From NCBI GenBank assembly GCA_051892935.1, contig JBJFGS010000010.1, positions 1 through 64,000 of the forward strand: DNA of 64,000 nucleotides, in the 5' to 3' direction. Below, one piece after another: positions 41,195 to 51,563 of the stretch. The DNA comes from Candidatus Coprovivens sp. (GTDB taxonomy: Bacteria; Bacillota_I; Bacilli_A; RF39; UBA660). Each line of letters opens with the position of its first letter. The first letter of the stretch is position 1. Position numbers and translations under genes: made by a program. The notes beneath the pieces are model-generated. The model ran no database searches. It saw only the letters and a program-made list of their open reading frames with translations, and had not been told where the DNA came from.

Positions 41195-44100
41195 TTATAT
41201 TTTTTTCATTCTAGGTTTATATTTTTTTATTAATACTACTGATGTAGATGTTAGTATAAATAAGCCACTTATGGTAAATATTGCTATTATTGATGATGTG
41301 TCTGGGTTTTCTAGAGATATTTCTATAAAAGAAACTTCAACTATGGTATCCTCTGTTACATGTTTTAATGGTTCTATTACCATTTGTTTTTTATCTGTTA
41401 CTTTGTAATTTATGTTATTGATTTTTATTGTATCTATTATGTATCCATCTTCAGCAGATATTTTAATTGTGTTTGGTGTTGAATCATCACCATAGTAAAG
41501 TGTTTCATCTCCAATAATTGTACCTCCACCATTACTTACTACTTTAGTAGTTATATTTAAAGTTATTCTCTTATATTCGTATATAATTTCTTGTGTTTCT
41601 TCTGTATATGTGTAATTTTTATTTGTTGGTTCTTTAACAGCAATATATCCATTTTTATTTAAACTTGAACTTATATACTTATCACCAACTAGACCATTAG
41701 ATATTGTGTCATTATTAATTTTTTCTGTTGTATTTTCTAAATAGTGATGAACTATTATTTGTCCTGCTATTTTAATGTAAGTTACTTTTTGAGCTGTAGC
41801 AGTTCTTTCTTTATTATCGAGTTTTATTGTACTAGTTACTTCTGTAGCCATTGTCCTTGAAAGTGGATTTATATCTTCATAAACAATTTTTAAATTTTTT
41901 TCCTCACTAATTGTTTGAGTCGTTAAATCAGCATCAAGATTTGCTTTATTACTTATCCAAGTAATTGTTTTTTGGTCTTGGTTATAAATTCCTCCATCAA
42001 GTGATGATTTCGATTCATCTATAGAATACGGAAGACTCATTATTATTGTACTTGTAACGCTTGAAGAATAATAAGTTATTTTATTTTCGTAGTTTATTTT
42101 ATAATTTACTTCTTCATCTTTTTTCTTTATTTCTTCTGGTCCATTTAAAGATATTGTTGTTTGAATTTGGCTATCTTTCTTTTGGTAATAATAAATTACT
42201 TCAATATTACTGTCATTTACTATTCCTATATAATTATCTGTTTTTTGGTATAATTCATAATTATCAGGAATTTTTATTGATTCAGATGTTTCATAGTTTT
42301 CGCCAAAATTCTTTTGGATAGTTTCTTGTGGTGCTATAACGTTATTTGTATTGTACTCAAGATATTTTGTGATTATTGTAGAGGTTTTTAGTTTGTAATA
42401 ATATGTTACTACAACATTTCCCTTTATTGTTCCTGAACTATTTGAAGGAATTATTGATACTTCATAGTTAGAAGAAATATTAGTTGATGGAGAGGTTTTA
42501 TATTCTTCACCCCAATAAACTAATTTGTTTTCAGTGGCTGCTATTTCTGTTGTTGCTCCTTCAATATAATGTTGAATTGTTAGAGTAGCACTTTTTAATT
42601 TGTAGTAATAAATTACTACTGTTGAACCTTGGATTGTACCTGTTGCATTTGTAGGTGTACTTACTAGTTCATAGTTTTCACTTATATCAGTAGATGGAGA
42701 GGTTTTATATGTATCTCCCCAATGGACTATTGTTATTTCTGATGGAGATAGTTCTGTAGTAGTCCCCTCGATATAGTGATGTACTATCAATGATGTTTCT
42801 TTTAAATTATAATAATAATTTACTATGGTATCACCTTTTATTGTTCCACTAGCATTTGCGGGAGTTTTTGATAGTTCATAATTTATAGATATATCTGTTG
42901 CTGGTGATGTTGTATATACATCTCCCCAATGAACATTTTTTATAATTGTTTCAGACAATTCAACTTTTGTATTTTCTACATAGTGATGAATTGTTAAGGT
43001 AGCACTTTTTAATTTATAGTAATATGTTACTACTATATCTCCTTTTATTGTTCCTGTTGCATTACTTGGAGTGCTTACTAGTTCGTAGTTTTCATTTATA
43101 TCTTTTGCAACTTCAGTTGTATATGCATCGCCCCAATGAACATTTTCTGTTGTAGTTTTTGATAACTCTGTAGTTGTTCCTTCGATATAGTGATGAACTG
43201 TTAAGGTAGCACTTTTTAGTTTATAGTAATATGTTACTACTATATCTCCTTTTATTGTTCCACTGGCATTTGTTGGTGTTCCCACTAGTTCGTAGTTTTC
43301 ATTTATATCTTTTGCAACTTCAGTTGTATATGTATCTCCCCAATGAACATTTTCTGTTGTAGTTTTTGATAATTCTGTAGTTGTTCCTTCTATATAGTGA
43401 TGTACTGTTAAAGTAGCACTCTTTAGTTTGTAATAATATGTTACTACTGTGTCTCCTTTTATTGTTCCTGTTGCATTACTTGGAGTGCTTACTAGTTCGT
43501 AGTTTTCATTTATATCTTTTGCAACTTCAGTTGTATATGCATCGCCCCAATGAACATTTTCTGTTGTAGTTTTTGATAACTCTGTAGTTGTTCCTTCGAT
43601 ATAGTGATGAACTGTTAAGGTAGCACTTTTTAGTTTATAGTAATATGTTACTACTATATCTCCTTTTATTGTTCCTGTTGCATTACTTGGAGTGCTTACT
43701 AGTTCGTAGTTTTCATTTATATCTGATGCAACTTCAGTTGTATATGTATCTCCCCAATGAACGTTTTCTGTTGTAGTTTCTGATAATTCTGTAGTAGTCC
43801 CCTCGATATAGTGATTAGTTGTTAATATTGCATCTTTTAATTTAATAACAGCATTAATATCACTTACTATTTCTTCTTCAGTAGTAGGAGAATTATTATG
43901 TTCTGTTATTAAAGATGTTTTTCCAGTTGTATCAGCTTTATTACTTCCTGTTAAAGATATTTCATAATCTTCTGGTATTTCAAATTTAATATAATAATTT
44001 CCCTTACTTATTTTTTCAAATTTATAACTATTATTATTTGTTGTTGTAGTATCAACTAATTGATCATTTTCATCATATAAATTAACTGTTATAGTTGAGG

Positions 44101-47100
44101 GCATTCTGGTATTTTCATCAAAAGGAATAATACTTCCTTCAATAATACGATTTACAATAGTTGTTGATAAACTACTATTTTTTAGTATAGTTGTAGTACT
44201 ATTACTAGTTAGATATGAATTATAAGCAATAATGTCTTTAATTTCAGTATTTGAAGTATCTAATGTATATGAGTACTCAGTACTAGTATATGAATTTATA
44301 GATTCTATTTGTATTATAAGTATTGTTGCATTATTAGGAATGTTATTAGTGTCTAATATTTCAGTCCAATTTCCATCAGTTAGGTCAATATCTTGAGCTG
44401 AGTATTTATTGTCTTTTATAGTTAAGTTTAAATCATTAAGAGATTTTGTTGTATAGTATACCTTTTGATTAGTATTTAAACTAATATTTTTTATTATATA
44501 GTTTCCTTTTATTTGACTATTTAATATATTATCTTTAGGTAATATTTCAAGGATTCTTACCTTGTTTAATACAGAACTACTACTATTTCCTATTGTAGTA
44601 GTTATAGTTACATCTTCACCAATGTCTATTACTTTTTTATCGACAATTTTAGATAGTTGACTTCCTGATAAATTTATTACTTTTATAGTAGATGTTGAAC
44701 TACGATATGAATATTCATCTCGTAAATCACCATCTGTAAATATGACTGCTTTAGTTGTATATAATTGATTATTAATAGTATCAGATGATATTTCAGCATT
44801 AAATGTTATTTTCTCATAATCCGGTGGAGAGCTATTAGTTGTCCAATCTTGATATAACCAAGTAACTATTGTTGTTCCATCTTCATTTATAGTTATGCTT
44901 TCAGGTTCTTTATTTGAACTATTTTCGACATATGATAATCCTTTAGGTAAAGTTACATGTACAAATACTTCATCTACTATGTGGTTATTAGTGCTTTCCA
45001 TTGTAGGAGTTACTTCATAGTTTACAATACTATCTTGAATATCATATGTTGTTTTTTCTTCATTATTTTCAATACTTTTTATTGAAATGCTACTTTGTTC
45101 TCCAGTTATTAAAATTGTTTTACCTATACCCCAATCATTTTCGTTACTTGTAATTTGTCCTAGCTCGTTGTATTTTGTTGGAATATAGTTCGACGTTCTA
45201 AAGTTATTTTTTTTAGTCCTTTCAGCATCTTCATAAGCATATACTTTAACTCTAAATGAGGCGGTTTTACCTATGTTTTCTTCTTTATCTAAAATTTTAA
45301 AATAATTATAGTATTTTCTATTTGCATCATTTCCTACCATATCAGGATCATCGTAGAAAACAGCTGTTACTGTACCATTGGCAGATGCTTCATCGTATGT
45401 ATCATACCATGTGAAGCTAGAGTAATATGAACTATTTAATTCTTGATATGATGTTAGACCACTAGTTGGATTAGCTGTATATATACCATAAGATACTGTT
45501 ATATTTTCTTTTGAAGGTAATTCTCCATTACCATAGGTATATACTGAATACCATGTTGTTCCAATTGATCTAATACCAATTTTATCTGCTTCCCATACTA
45601 GTAATACAGTTTGTCCACCTTCAAAATCGCCATCAATTAAACCATGTATGTTTGCTATATTAAAATATTGACCAATTTCTCTTGATGCATCTCCGTAATT
45701 GTTATCCTTTGTACCTAAGATATTCCATTTTGTATCATAAGCCCATAACCCATAAGAATAGTTTCCACTTAAATAATTTTCAAATGATAAATTGTAATAA
45801 TTATCTGATGAATCTGTATCATTTATTGAATTTTCACCACTATCGATACTATAATTAGTTCCATCAAGAACTTGGTAACTTGCACTTTCAGCAGTTATAT
45901 ATAAATGATAATCATTTCTTTGAGTTTGATCGCCATAAAACGGAATGAATAATTCTACATTTCCAGCTAAAAAATAATAGTTATCAGGATTGAATGAATC
46001 AGTACTTGCATCATTTGATGGTGTTGAAGGAAAAGTATTCCCAACTTTAAAATTATTGAAAGTTACATTTAAAATATTATTATTTAGTGAAGCAGTTATG
46101 GTACCTGAATCTACTACACTGTTTTTTTCTGTTCCTAAGTCTAGTCTTCCATATGGAAGTCTATGGACTGTTGCGGTATCTTTGATGTTAGGATAATGGT
46201 TTTCATTTAACTCACCATTGATGCTATAAGCTTGAATCATAGTTCCGTTTAATATATCAATAGCATCTTCTGTTTCGGCAGTAATAGTCCCGCTTGTTCC
46301 ATTTTCTATATTATATCTATATTCTATTCCTAAGTTTACACTAAATGTTTCTGATGGATATTCTACTCCTCGTAAATCGGGCATTCCATCTAATTTAGTA
46401 AGAGCTACTCCTATTGGAACGTTTTTATAACGTCCTTGAACATCTTGACCATTTATTGTCTTTGTACTCTTTTTTAATGTCCCATATTCAGGTTGTAAAA
46501 CAATATTGTAAGATGGTGTACCACTTATTATAAATGGATTTTGGGAATCTTTTATTTTCATACTATCAATTGATGATGATGTATTATCTGGTGAATTTCC
46601 TTCCATCCATACTTCAAATTCTGGTAACATCGTTTGATCTACTGCTACTTTATGCCCTCCAACTAATACTGTAAATGATAATTCTTGAGTGGCATTTGTA
46701 ATGTCAATTGTTGAAGGGGCATAGTATTCGGCTGTTATAATGGTTTTGTCTTCATTGTATTCTATATTATTCATCCAGGCATCTTCTACCCAAGTCAAGT
46801 TAATAAGATTTCCTTGATTTGGTAGTGTAGCTTTAACTTTAATTACTCCACCTGTTAAACCATTAGTTTCTTCTACTTTATTATCAGTATTATTTGGTGA
46901 TATTGCAACTTCTAATTTATATTTTACTTTATCAGATGTTCTAACATAATCATCTGAAGCTGAAATATCATTTCCATTTGTATCTGATGCTGGTGATTCA
47001 TTAAATGGAACTGTTCCCGTTTCTCTTTGAACAATTTTGATTTCAGATATCATCATTTTGTTATATAATTCTTGACGATCACTACTTAGTTTTAAGTAAT

Positions 47101-47221
47101 TGATGGTATTTTCAAATATATTGTTTATTTTTTCTTTATTAAGTATTACTATTGAACTAGTAAAAATTATTAACCCTATTAATATAATTATTTTTTTATT
47201 CATCTTTTTCACTAACATCAC
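41195..47221 (-). CDS. Large cell-surface protein with tandem MucBP-type repeats and a sortase-type signal
   Basis: Signal/anchor peptide; GTVPFN..DDYVRTSD N-terminal region; DUF11/SdrD-B-like segments; eight tandem ~69-aa repeats; NPDTS plus TM and basic tail. Confidence 0.88.
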   Translation of the reverse strand: MMLVKKMNKKIIILIGLIIFTSSIVILNKEKINNIFENTINYLKLSSDRQELYNKMMISEIKIVQRETGTVPFNESPASDTNGNDISASDDYVRTSDKVKYKLEVAISPNNTDNKVEETNGLTGGVIKVKATLPNQGNLINLTWVEDAWMNNIEYNEDKTIITAEYYAPSTIDITNATQELSFTVLVGGHKVAVDQTMLPEFEVWMEGNSPDNTSSSIDSMKIKDSQNPFIISGTPSYNIVLQPEYGTLKKSTKTINGQDVQGRYKNVPIGVALTKLDGMPDLRGVEYPSETFSVNLGIEYRYNIENGTSGTITAETEDAIDILNGTMIQAYSINGELNENHYPNIKDTATVHRLPYGRLDLGTEKNSVVDSGTITASLNNNILNVTFNNFKVGNTFPSTPSNDASTDSFNPDNYYFLAGNVELFIPFYGDQTQRNDYHLYITAESASYQVLDGTNYSIDSGENSINDTDSSDNYYNLSFENYLSGNYSYGLWAYDTKWNILGTKDNNYGDASREIGQYFNIANIHGLIDGDFEGGQTVLLVWEADKIGIRSIGTTWYSVYTYGNGELPSKENITVSYGIYTANPTSGLTSYQELNSSYYSSFTWYDTYDEASANGTVTAVFYDDPDMVGNDANRKYYNYFKILDKEENIGKTASFRVKVYAYEDAERTKKNNFRTSNYIPTKYNELGQITSNENDWGIGKTILITGEQSSISIKSIENNEEKTTYDIQDSIVNYEVTPTMESTNNHIVDEVFVHVTLPKGLSYVENSSNKEPESITINEDGTTIVTWLYQDWTTNSSPPDYEKITFNAEISSDTINNQLYTTKAVIFTDGDLRDEYSYRSSTSTIKVINLSGSQLSKIVDKKVIDIGEDVTITTTIGNSSSSVLNKVRILEILPKDNILNSQIKGNYIIKNISLNTNQKVYYTTKSLNDLNLTIKDNKYSAQDIDLTDGNWTEILDTNNIPNNATILIIQIESINSYTSTEYSYTLDTSNTEIKDIIAYNSYLTSNSTTTILKNSSLSTTIVNRIIEGSIIPFDENTRMPSTITVNLYDENDQLVDTTTTNNNSYKFEKISKGNYYIKFEIPEDYEISLTGSNKADTTGKTSLITEHNNSPTTEEEIVSDINAVIKLKDAILTTNHYIEGTTTELSETTTENVHWGDTYTTEVASDINENYELVSTPSNATGTIKGDIVVTYYYKLKSATLTVHHYIEGTTTELSKTTTENVHWGDAYTTEVAKDINENYELVSTPSNATGTIKGDTVVTYYYKLKSATLTVHHYIEGTTTELSKTTTENVHWGDTYTTEVAKDINENYELVGTPTNASGTIKGDIVVTYYYKLKSATLTVHHYIEGTTTELSKTTTENVHWGDAYTTEVAKDINENYELVSTPSNATGTIKGDIVVTYYYKLKSATLTIHHYVENTKVELSETIIKNVHWGDVYTTSPATDISINYELSKTPANASGTIKGDTIVNYYYNLKETSLIVHHYIEGTTTELSPSEITIVHWGDTYKTSPSTDISENYELVSTPTNATGTIQGSTVVIYYYKLKSATLTIQHYIEGATTEIAATENKLVYWGEEYKTSPSTNISSNYEVSIIPSNSSGTIKGNVVVTYYYKLKTSTIITKYLEYNTNNVIAPQETIQKNFGENYETSESIKIPDNYELYQKTDNYIGIVNDSNIEVIYYYQKKDSQIQTTISLNGPEEIKKKDEEVNYKINYENKITYYSSSVTSTIIMSLPYSIDESKSSLDGGIYNQDQKTITWISNKANLDADLTTQTISEEKNLKIVYEDINPLSRTMATEVTSTIKLDNKERTATAQKVTYIKIAGQIIVHHYLENTTEKINNDTISNGLVGDKYISSSLNKNGYIAVKEPTNKNYTYTEETQEIIYEYKRITLNITTKVVSNGGGTIIGDETLYYGDDSTPNTIKISAEDGYIIDTIKINNINYKVTDKKQMVIEPLKHVTEDTIVEVSFIEISLENPDTSSIIAIFTISGLFILTSTSVVLIKKYKPRMKKI
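42180..43840 (-). repeat. Eight tandem ~207-bp MucBP-coding repeats
   Basis: Units start at 43840, 43633, 43426, 43219, 43012, 42805, 42598 and 42391; units 1-4 are nearly identical. Confidence 0.92.
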
Positions 47222-47235
47222 TTCTATTCTTTTTT

Positions 47236-47264
47236 ATTATATCATCTGAATATACCTATTTCAA
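47236..47264 (-). promoter_or_regulatory. SigA promoter of the MucBP gene
   Basis: TTGAAA, 17 bp, TATAAT with extended TG. Confidence 0.6.
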
Positions 47265-47475
47265 TAAAGCAGTAATTGATGTAGAAACAATAAAAATGTA
47301 GTTTCGTAACTACATTTTCTATACATACTAACACTACCCTATTTTAAGTTATTTTAATATAGCAATATTATACTATATTAAAAAATAATCATCAAAGTAA
47401 TTTTTAAATGATTCTTTTATTGAGAATATGTTTATTTTGTAGTAATATTAAATGTAGAGGATAAGGAAGATATAA

Positions 47476-48507
47476 ATGAATAAACAATATATTACGATAA
47501 TCTTATTATTATTTATTTGTGCTATTCTTAGTTTTTCGTTAATATCTAAAGATAGTAGTTCTGTTTCGCTTGAATGTGATGGAGATAGAGCTGCTAATTA
47601 TGTCGTAACTGATTTTGACGAATTAAACTATAAGGATTTTTTTGATGTTTCTGATTTTGGAGAAAATAGTTTAAGTAATATAGATATAGCTTCTAAATCA
47701 TATACTAATAATTCAATTACTGTTTTAGATAGTAGTTTCAAAATAAGTGATGAATTAGTAAATAATATAAATAATACTATAAATAGTTATGGAGCTAGTA
47801 GTTCTTTTTATATAGTTAGTTTAGATGATGGTATGAGTATTGGTTATAATATAGATAAAAAGTTTGAGACAGCAAGCTCGATAAAAGCTCCTTACGCTTT
47901 ATATATCTATAAGGAAATAGATGCTGGCAATATTGATCCTAATCAACAAATTATTTATCAAGAAAAATATTATAATAAAGGTACTGGTGTGATTAAAAAA
48001 TCAGATTTTGGTACTTCTTATACGGTAAGAGATTTAGTTTATTATTCTTTATTTGAATCTGATAATATTGCTCATACTATGTTACATAGAACTTTTGGTG
48101 TAAAAGGATATAATAATATGTTAAAAAATCTGGGGACTAAACAACTTTATTTAACTGCTGGTAATCCTTGGGGATATACTTCAGCCCGTAGTGCTGCTTT
48201 AGTTTGGCAAGAAATCTATAATTTTTCAATTACTAGTGATGAGGGAATTACTTTTTTAAATATTTTATCTAATGGCAAATATAATTATTTTAAAGAAGTA
48301 ATGCCTTCTATCCCTAGCGCTAGTAAAACAGGATTTGCTAGTAAGGATGTTGTTGAAACCGGTATTGTTTTTGGAGAACATCCTTATATTGCCATAGCTA
48401 TTGCCAATAAGGGTGGAAATATAGGAGCTTATACACAAGTACTAAAATTGGTTAGTCATATGAATGATATTATGAATGAATATGATAATTATTTGAAAGC
48501 AAAATAA
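47476..48507 (+). CDS. Serine hydrolase of the class A beta-lactamase-like family
   Basis: ASSIK (SxxK), ESDNIA (SDN) and SKTG motifs; N-terminal anchor. Confidence 0.85.
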   Translation: MNKQYITIILLLFICAILSFSLISKDSSSVSLECDGDRAANYVVTDFDELNYKDFFDVSDFGENSLSNIDIASKSYTNNSITVLDSSFKISDELVNNINNTINSYGASSSFYIVSLDDGMSIGYNIDKKFETASSIKAPYALYIYKEIDAGNIDPNQQIIYQEKYYNKGTGVIKKSDFGTSYTVRDLVYYSLFESDNIAHTMLHRTFGVKGYNNMLKNLGTKQLYLTAGNPWGYTSARSAALVWQEIYNFSITSDEGITFLNILSNGKYNYFKEVMPSIPSASKTGFASKDVVETGIVFGEHPYIAIAIANKGGNIGAYTQVLKLVSHMNDIMNEYDNYLKAK

Positions 48508-48530
48508 AGACTTCATTTTATGAAGTCTTT
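48506..48530. terminator. Bidirectional terminator
   Basis: AAAGACTTCAT-TTT-ATGAAGTCTTT between convergent genes. Confidence 0.7.
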
Positions 48531-49044
48531 ATTTTATGAAACCATTTACAACTACTTTTGACTCGTTAACTACTATAAAGGCATTTTTATCAATATGTCT
48601 TAAAATACGTTTTAAATCACCTAAATGACGACTATTTAGAGTTATAAAAAGAATTTTGCTGTTTTCTTCTGATAGATTGTTTATTGTATCGACAACTGAA
48701 ACACCAAAACCTTCTAATCTAATTTTTTCAATATTTTCAGGAGTAGCTTTTGTCGTTATAACTTCAACGCTTATTAAGCTGTTTACGAATTTGTTTGATA
48801 TAAATGATCCTAGCATAGTACCTGTAGCATAGCCTCCGGCATAAGCAACAGCTATCCATATACTATTAACTCCTGTATTTAAAGCTTCTCTTGCTATTAT
48901 AAACCAGATAAATACTTCAAAGAAAGCAATAATTCCCGCTGTTTTAGTTTTTCCTTTGACAGTATGAATCATTCTTATCGTTCCTAGTGTTACATCAATT
49001 ATTCTTGCACAAAATATTTTTACGCATAGTAAGAATAATGTCAT
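48529..49044 (-). CDS. DUF2179/DUF5698 (YebE-like) membrane protein
   Basis: IFCARIIDVTLGTIR..FFEVFIW..AYAGGYATG..IDKNAFIVV. Confidence 0.88.
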   Translation of the reverse strand: MTLFLLCVKIFCARIIDVTLGTIRMIHTVKGKTKTAGIIAFFEVFIWFIIAREALNTGVNSIWIAVAYAGGYATGTMLGSFISNKFVNSLISVEVITTKATPENIEKIRLEGFGVSVVDTINNLSEENSKILFITLNSRHLGDLKRILRHIDKNAFIVVNESKVVVNGFIK

Positions 49045-49319
49045 TATTTACTCGCTCCTTTTATTATTGCTATTAATATTATTAGCAATAAAACTCCTAT
49101 TATAAGAACTATTATGTTACCAATTTTTTTATCGCTATTATAATTATCATTATTGGAAGCACTTTTATAAAATGCAGTATCTTTATTACGATATTGATTC
49201 CAACGTGGATCAAGCATTTCGCGCATTTCTTTTTGTTGAGAAATAGGAATCATTCTTCCGCATCCAGGGCATGCTCCACCTTTTGTTGGAAGGGCATGTC
49301 CACAATATTTACAGTTCAT
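49044..49319 (-). CDS. Small zinc-ribbon membrane protein
   Basis: CKYCG..CPGCG plus C-terminal TM. Confidence 0.75.
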   Translation of the reverse strand: MNCKYCGHALPTKGGACPGCGRMIPISQQKEMREMLDPRWNQYRNKDTAFYKSASNNDNYNSDKKIGNIIVLIIGVLLLIILIAIIKGASK

Positions 49320-49366
49320 ATATATCACCTAGAATAATTTTAACATAAAAAAAAGATTAGTGAATA

Positions 49367-49888
49367 CTAATCTTCAAAATCTTCGATGAACGTTTCACTT
49401 TTATGTGGCTCATTACATAGTAGATTGTTGTAGTTTTGTTGACGTAGGGCTTCATAAACCATTATTGCAACTGTATTTGATAAATTTAATGAACGAACCT
49501 TGTCCGTCATAGGCATTCTCATACAGTTTTCGATATGAGGTTTTAGTATATTGCGGGGAATTCCAGTTGATTCTTTACCAAATACAAAATAGATGTTTTC
49601 TTTTGAATCGCTATAATCAAATGAAGTATGTGGTTTGTGACCATATCTTGTTAGGAAGTAAAATACTCCATTATCTTTATTCTTTTCGTAAAAATCATCC
49701 CAATTTTTATATACTGTATATTCACAATTATCGATATAATTTACACCACTTCTTCTTATATATTTTTCTTCTAATGAGAAACCTAGTGGTTCTATTAAAT
49801 GTAATTTTGTATTTGTTGCAACACAAGTACGCATTATATTTCCAGTATTACCTGGTATTTCTGGTTCAAATAAAACAACATTTATCAT
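49367..49888 (-). CDS. trmL: tRNA (cytidine/uridine-34-2'-O)-methyltransferase TrmL
   Basis: EPEIPGNTGNIMRTC, FGKESTG, RSLNLSNTVAIMVYEALRQ. Confidence 0.95.
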   Translation of the reverse strand: MINVVLFEPEIPGNTGNIMRTCVATNTKLHLIEPLGFSLEEKYIRRSGVNYIDNCEYTVYKNWDDFYEKNKDNGVFYFLTRYGHKPHTSFDYSDSKENIYFVFGKESTGIPRNILKPHIENCMRMPMTDKVRSLNLSNTVAIMVYEALRQQNYNNLLCNEPHKSETFIEDFED

Positions 49889-49923
49889 ATATATTCCTCC
49901 TAAACAAAAAGACCATATTGGTC

Positions 49924-50469
49924 TTATTCTTTTGCTACTCTATTTGATTCTAATAACTTTTCAAAATCACCAACATTCATTATATTATCATCAAGTCTTT
50001 CTATAATGTCAACCACTTTTCCATCGTTATAATAAATAATTGTTGGAACTTTTTTTACTTTTTTGTTTTCAAGATTTAAAGCTTTATTGATTTGATCAAT
50101 ATAATCTTCTTCATCTTTTATATTAGATACATTTAGAAAATACATTGAGTCATTTAACGAGTAATCGTTAATCACTTTCTTTAAGTCTTTTTCCATATTA
50201 TAAATTTCTTCAGAACCAGTGTAACTGATATACAAATAATAATTATCTGGTGCTTCTGAGAATACATCATTTACTTCATTTAATCCTTTTATTTCATTAG
50301 AAATAATTTTTTCTTTTACTAAATATGATGTTGATACTTTGCTTTCTTTTAAAACTTTGTACCATTCAAATCCATATAGAGTTAAAAGAATCATTACGAC
50401 AACTATAACAACAGCTAGAACATAATTTTTAATTGGTATAAAACGTTCATTCTTTTTTACATTAGTCAT
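49924..50469 (-). CDS. Membrane-anchored thioredoxin-like protein lacking CxxC
   Basis: One TM; YYLYISYTG; KVPTIIYYNDGKVVD cis-Pro motif. Confidence 0.7.
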   Translation of the reverse strand: MTNVKKNERFIPIKNYVLAVVIVVVMILLTLYGFEWYKVLKESKVSTSYLVKEKIISNEIKGLNEVNDVFSEAPDNYYLYISYTGSEEIYNMEKDLKKVINDYSLNDSMYFLNVSNIKDEEDYIDQINKALNLENKKVKKVPTIIYYNDGKVVDIIERLDDNIMNVGDFEKLLESNRVAKE

Positions 50470-50592
50470 AGCATCATACCCTTTCTATATCTATATTTTA
50501 ACATATATTACTATTTTATGCAAAAGCTATTTAGGATATTTGCCTATATCTTACTAATAATGTTTACATATTATATATCGGAGGTATTAAAT

Positions 50593-50988
50593 ATGTTTTT
50601 TGATGATATAATATTTGATTTTAAAAATACTGATAATGTTGATTTATTTAGTTATGAAGATGGTTTTATGTATGGAAATATGTTTAAAAATGAATACGAT
50701 TCGTATAAAAACTATAAAGTTGCTAGATTAGAAAGTAATACTGATAAGGGAGATTTACTTTTAAAGATATATCAATATGATTTTGCTTTAAATGATTTGT
50801 CTTTGTATTTGGATTTACATCCAGATGATAAAGCTGTATATGAGTTGTTTAAAAAGTACACAGATAAACAAAATGAATATGTTAGTTTATATGTTAAAAA
50901 GTATGGTCCTATGGAGTTAGATGATTCACCATATAGTAGTTATATGTGGGATGAGGGGCCATGGCCTTTTATAGGAGGTGTATTTTAA
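50593..50988 (+). CDS. cotJB: Spore coat protein CotJB with a fused CotJA-like N-terminus
   Basis: DFALNDLSLYLDLHPDD..YVKKYGPM..WDEGPWP; GAGGT RBS before ATG 50593. Confidence 0.88.
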   Translation: MFFDDIIFDFKNTDNVDLFSYEDGFMYGNMFKNEYDSYKNYKVARLESNTDKGDLLLKIYQYDFALNDLSLYLDLHPDDKAVYELFKKYTDKQNEYVSLYVKKYGPMELDDSPYSSYMWDEGPWPFIGGVF

Positions 50989-51548
50989 TGTATAAATATA
51001 TGAAAAAGTTGAATTATCCTGTTAATGTAAGAAGAAAGGATTTAAGAATGGCTAAATATTTGATTACACAATTAGGAGGTCCATCTGGTGAATTAGGAGC
51101 TGCTTTAAGATATTTTAGTCAAAAGTTTACTATGCCTGATGAAAAAGGACAAGCTTTGTTAAATGATATTGCTTGTGAAGAATTAGGACATTGTGAGATG
51201 ATTGCAACTATGTTTAGTCAATTAGTTAGAGATGCTTCTTTAGAGGAAATCGAATGTGCTGGTTTAGGTGGATACTTTACTGATCATGGTAAAGGAGTTT
51301 ATCCAGTTGATGCATCAGGCAATCCATTTAGTGCATTAACTTTTAGTTCGTCTGGTGATGTTTTAGCTGATTTAAGTGAAGATATGGCTGCTGAGGAAAA
51401 AGCTCGAGCTACTTATGAAAATTTAATTGATATGACTGATGATGAGTCTTTACGAGGTCCCTTACTTTTCTTAAGGCAAAGAGAAATTGTTCATTTTAAT
51501 CGTTTTAAAGAATTATATGATTATTATAAGAGAAAATTAAAAAAATAG
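50988..51548 (+). CDS. cotJC: Manganese catalase-family spore coat protein CotJC
   Basis: QLGGPSGELGAALRYFSQ, EELGHCEMI, EDMAAEEKARATYE, FLRQREIVHFNRF. Confidence 0.93.
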   Translation: MYKYMKKLNYPVNVRRKDLRMAKYLITQLGGPSGELGAALRYFSQKFTMPDEKGQALLNDIACEELGHCEMIATMFSQLVRDASLEEIECAGLGGYFTDHGKGVYPVDASGNPFSALTFSSSGDVLADLSEDMAAEEKARATYENLIDMTDDESLRGPLLFLRQREIVHFNRFKELYDYYKRKLKK

Positions 51549-51563
51549 CATTGCTATTTTTTT
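51540..51563. terminator. Bidirectional terminator
   Basis: AAAAAATAGCA-T-TGCTATTTTTT overlapping both convergent stop codons. Confidence 0.6.

Noticed and set aside
42180-43840. Regular ~207-bp direct repeats considered as a CRISPR or non-coding array
   Set aside because: They are in-frame protein-domain repeats with no unique spacers and no cas genes nearby
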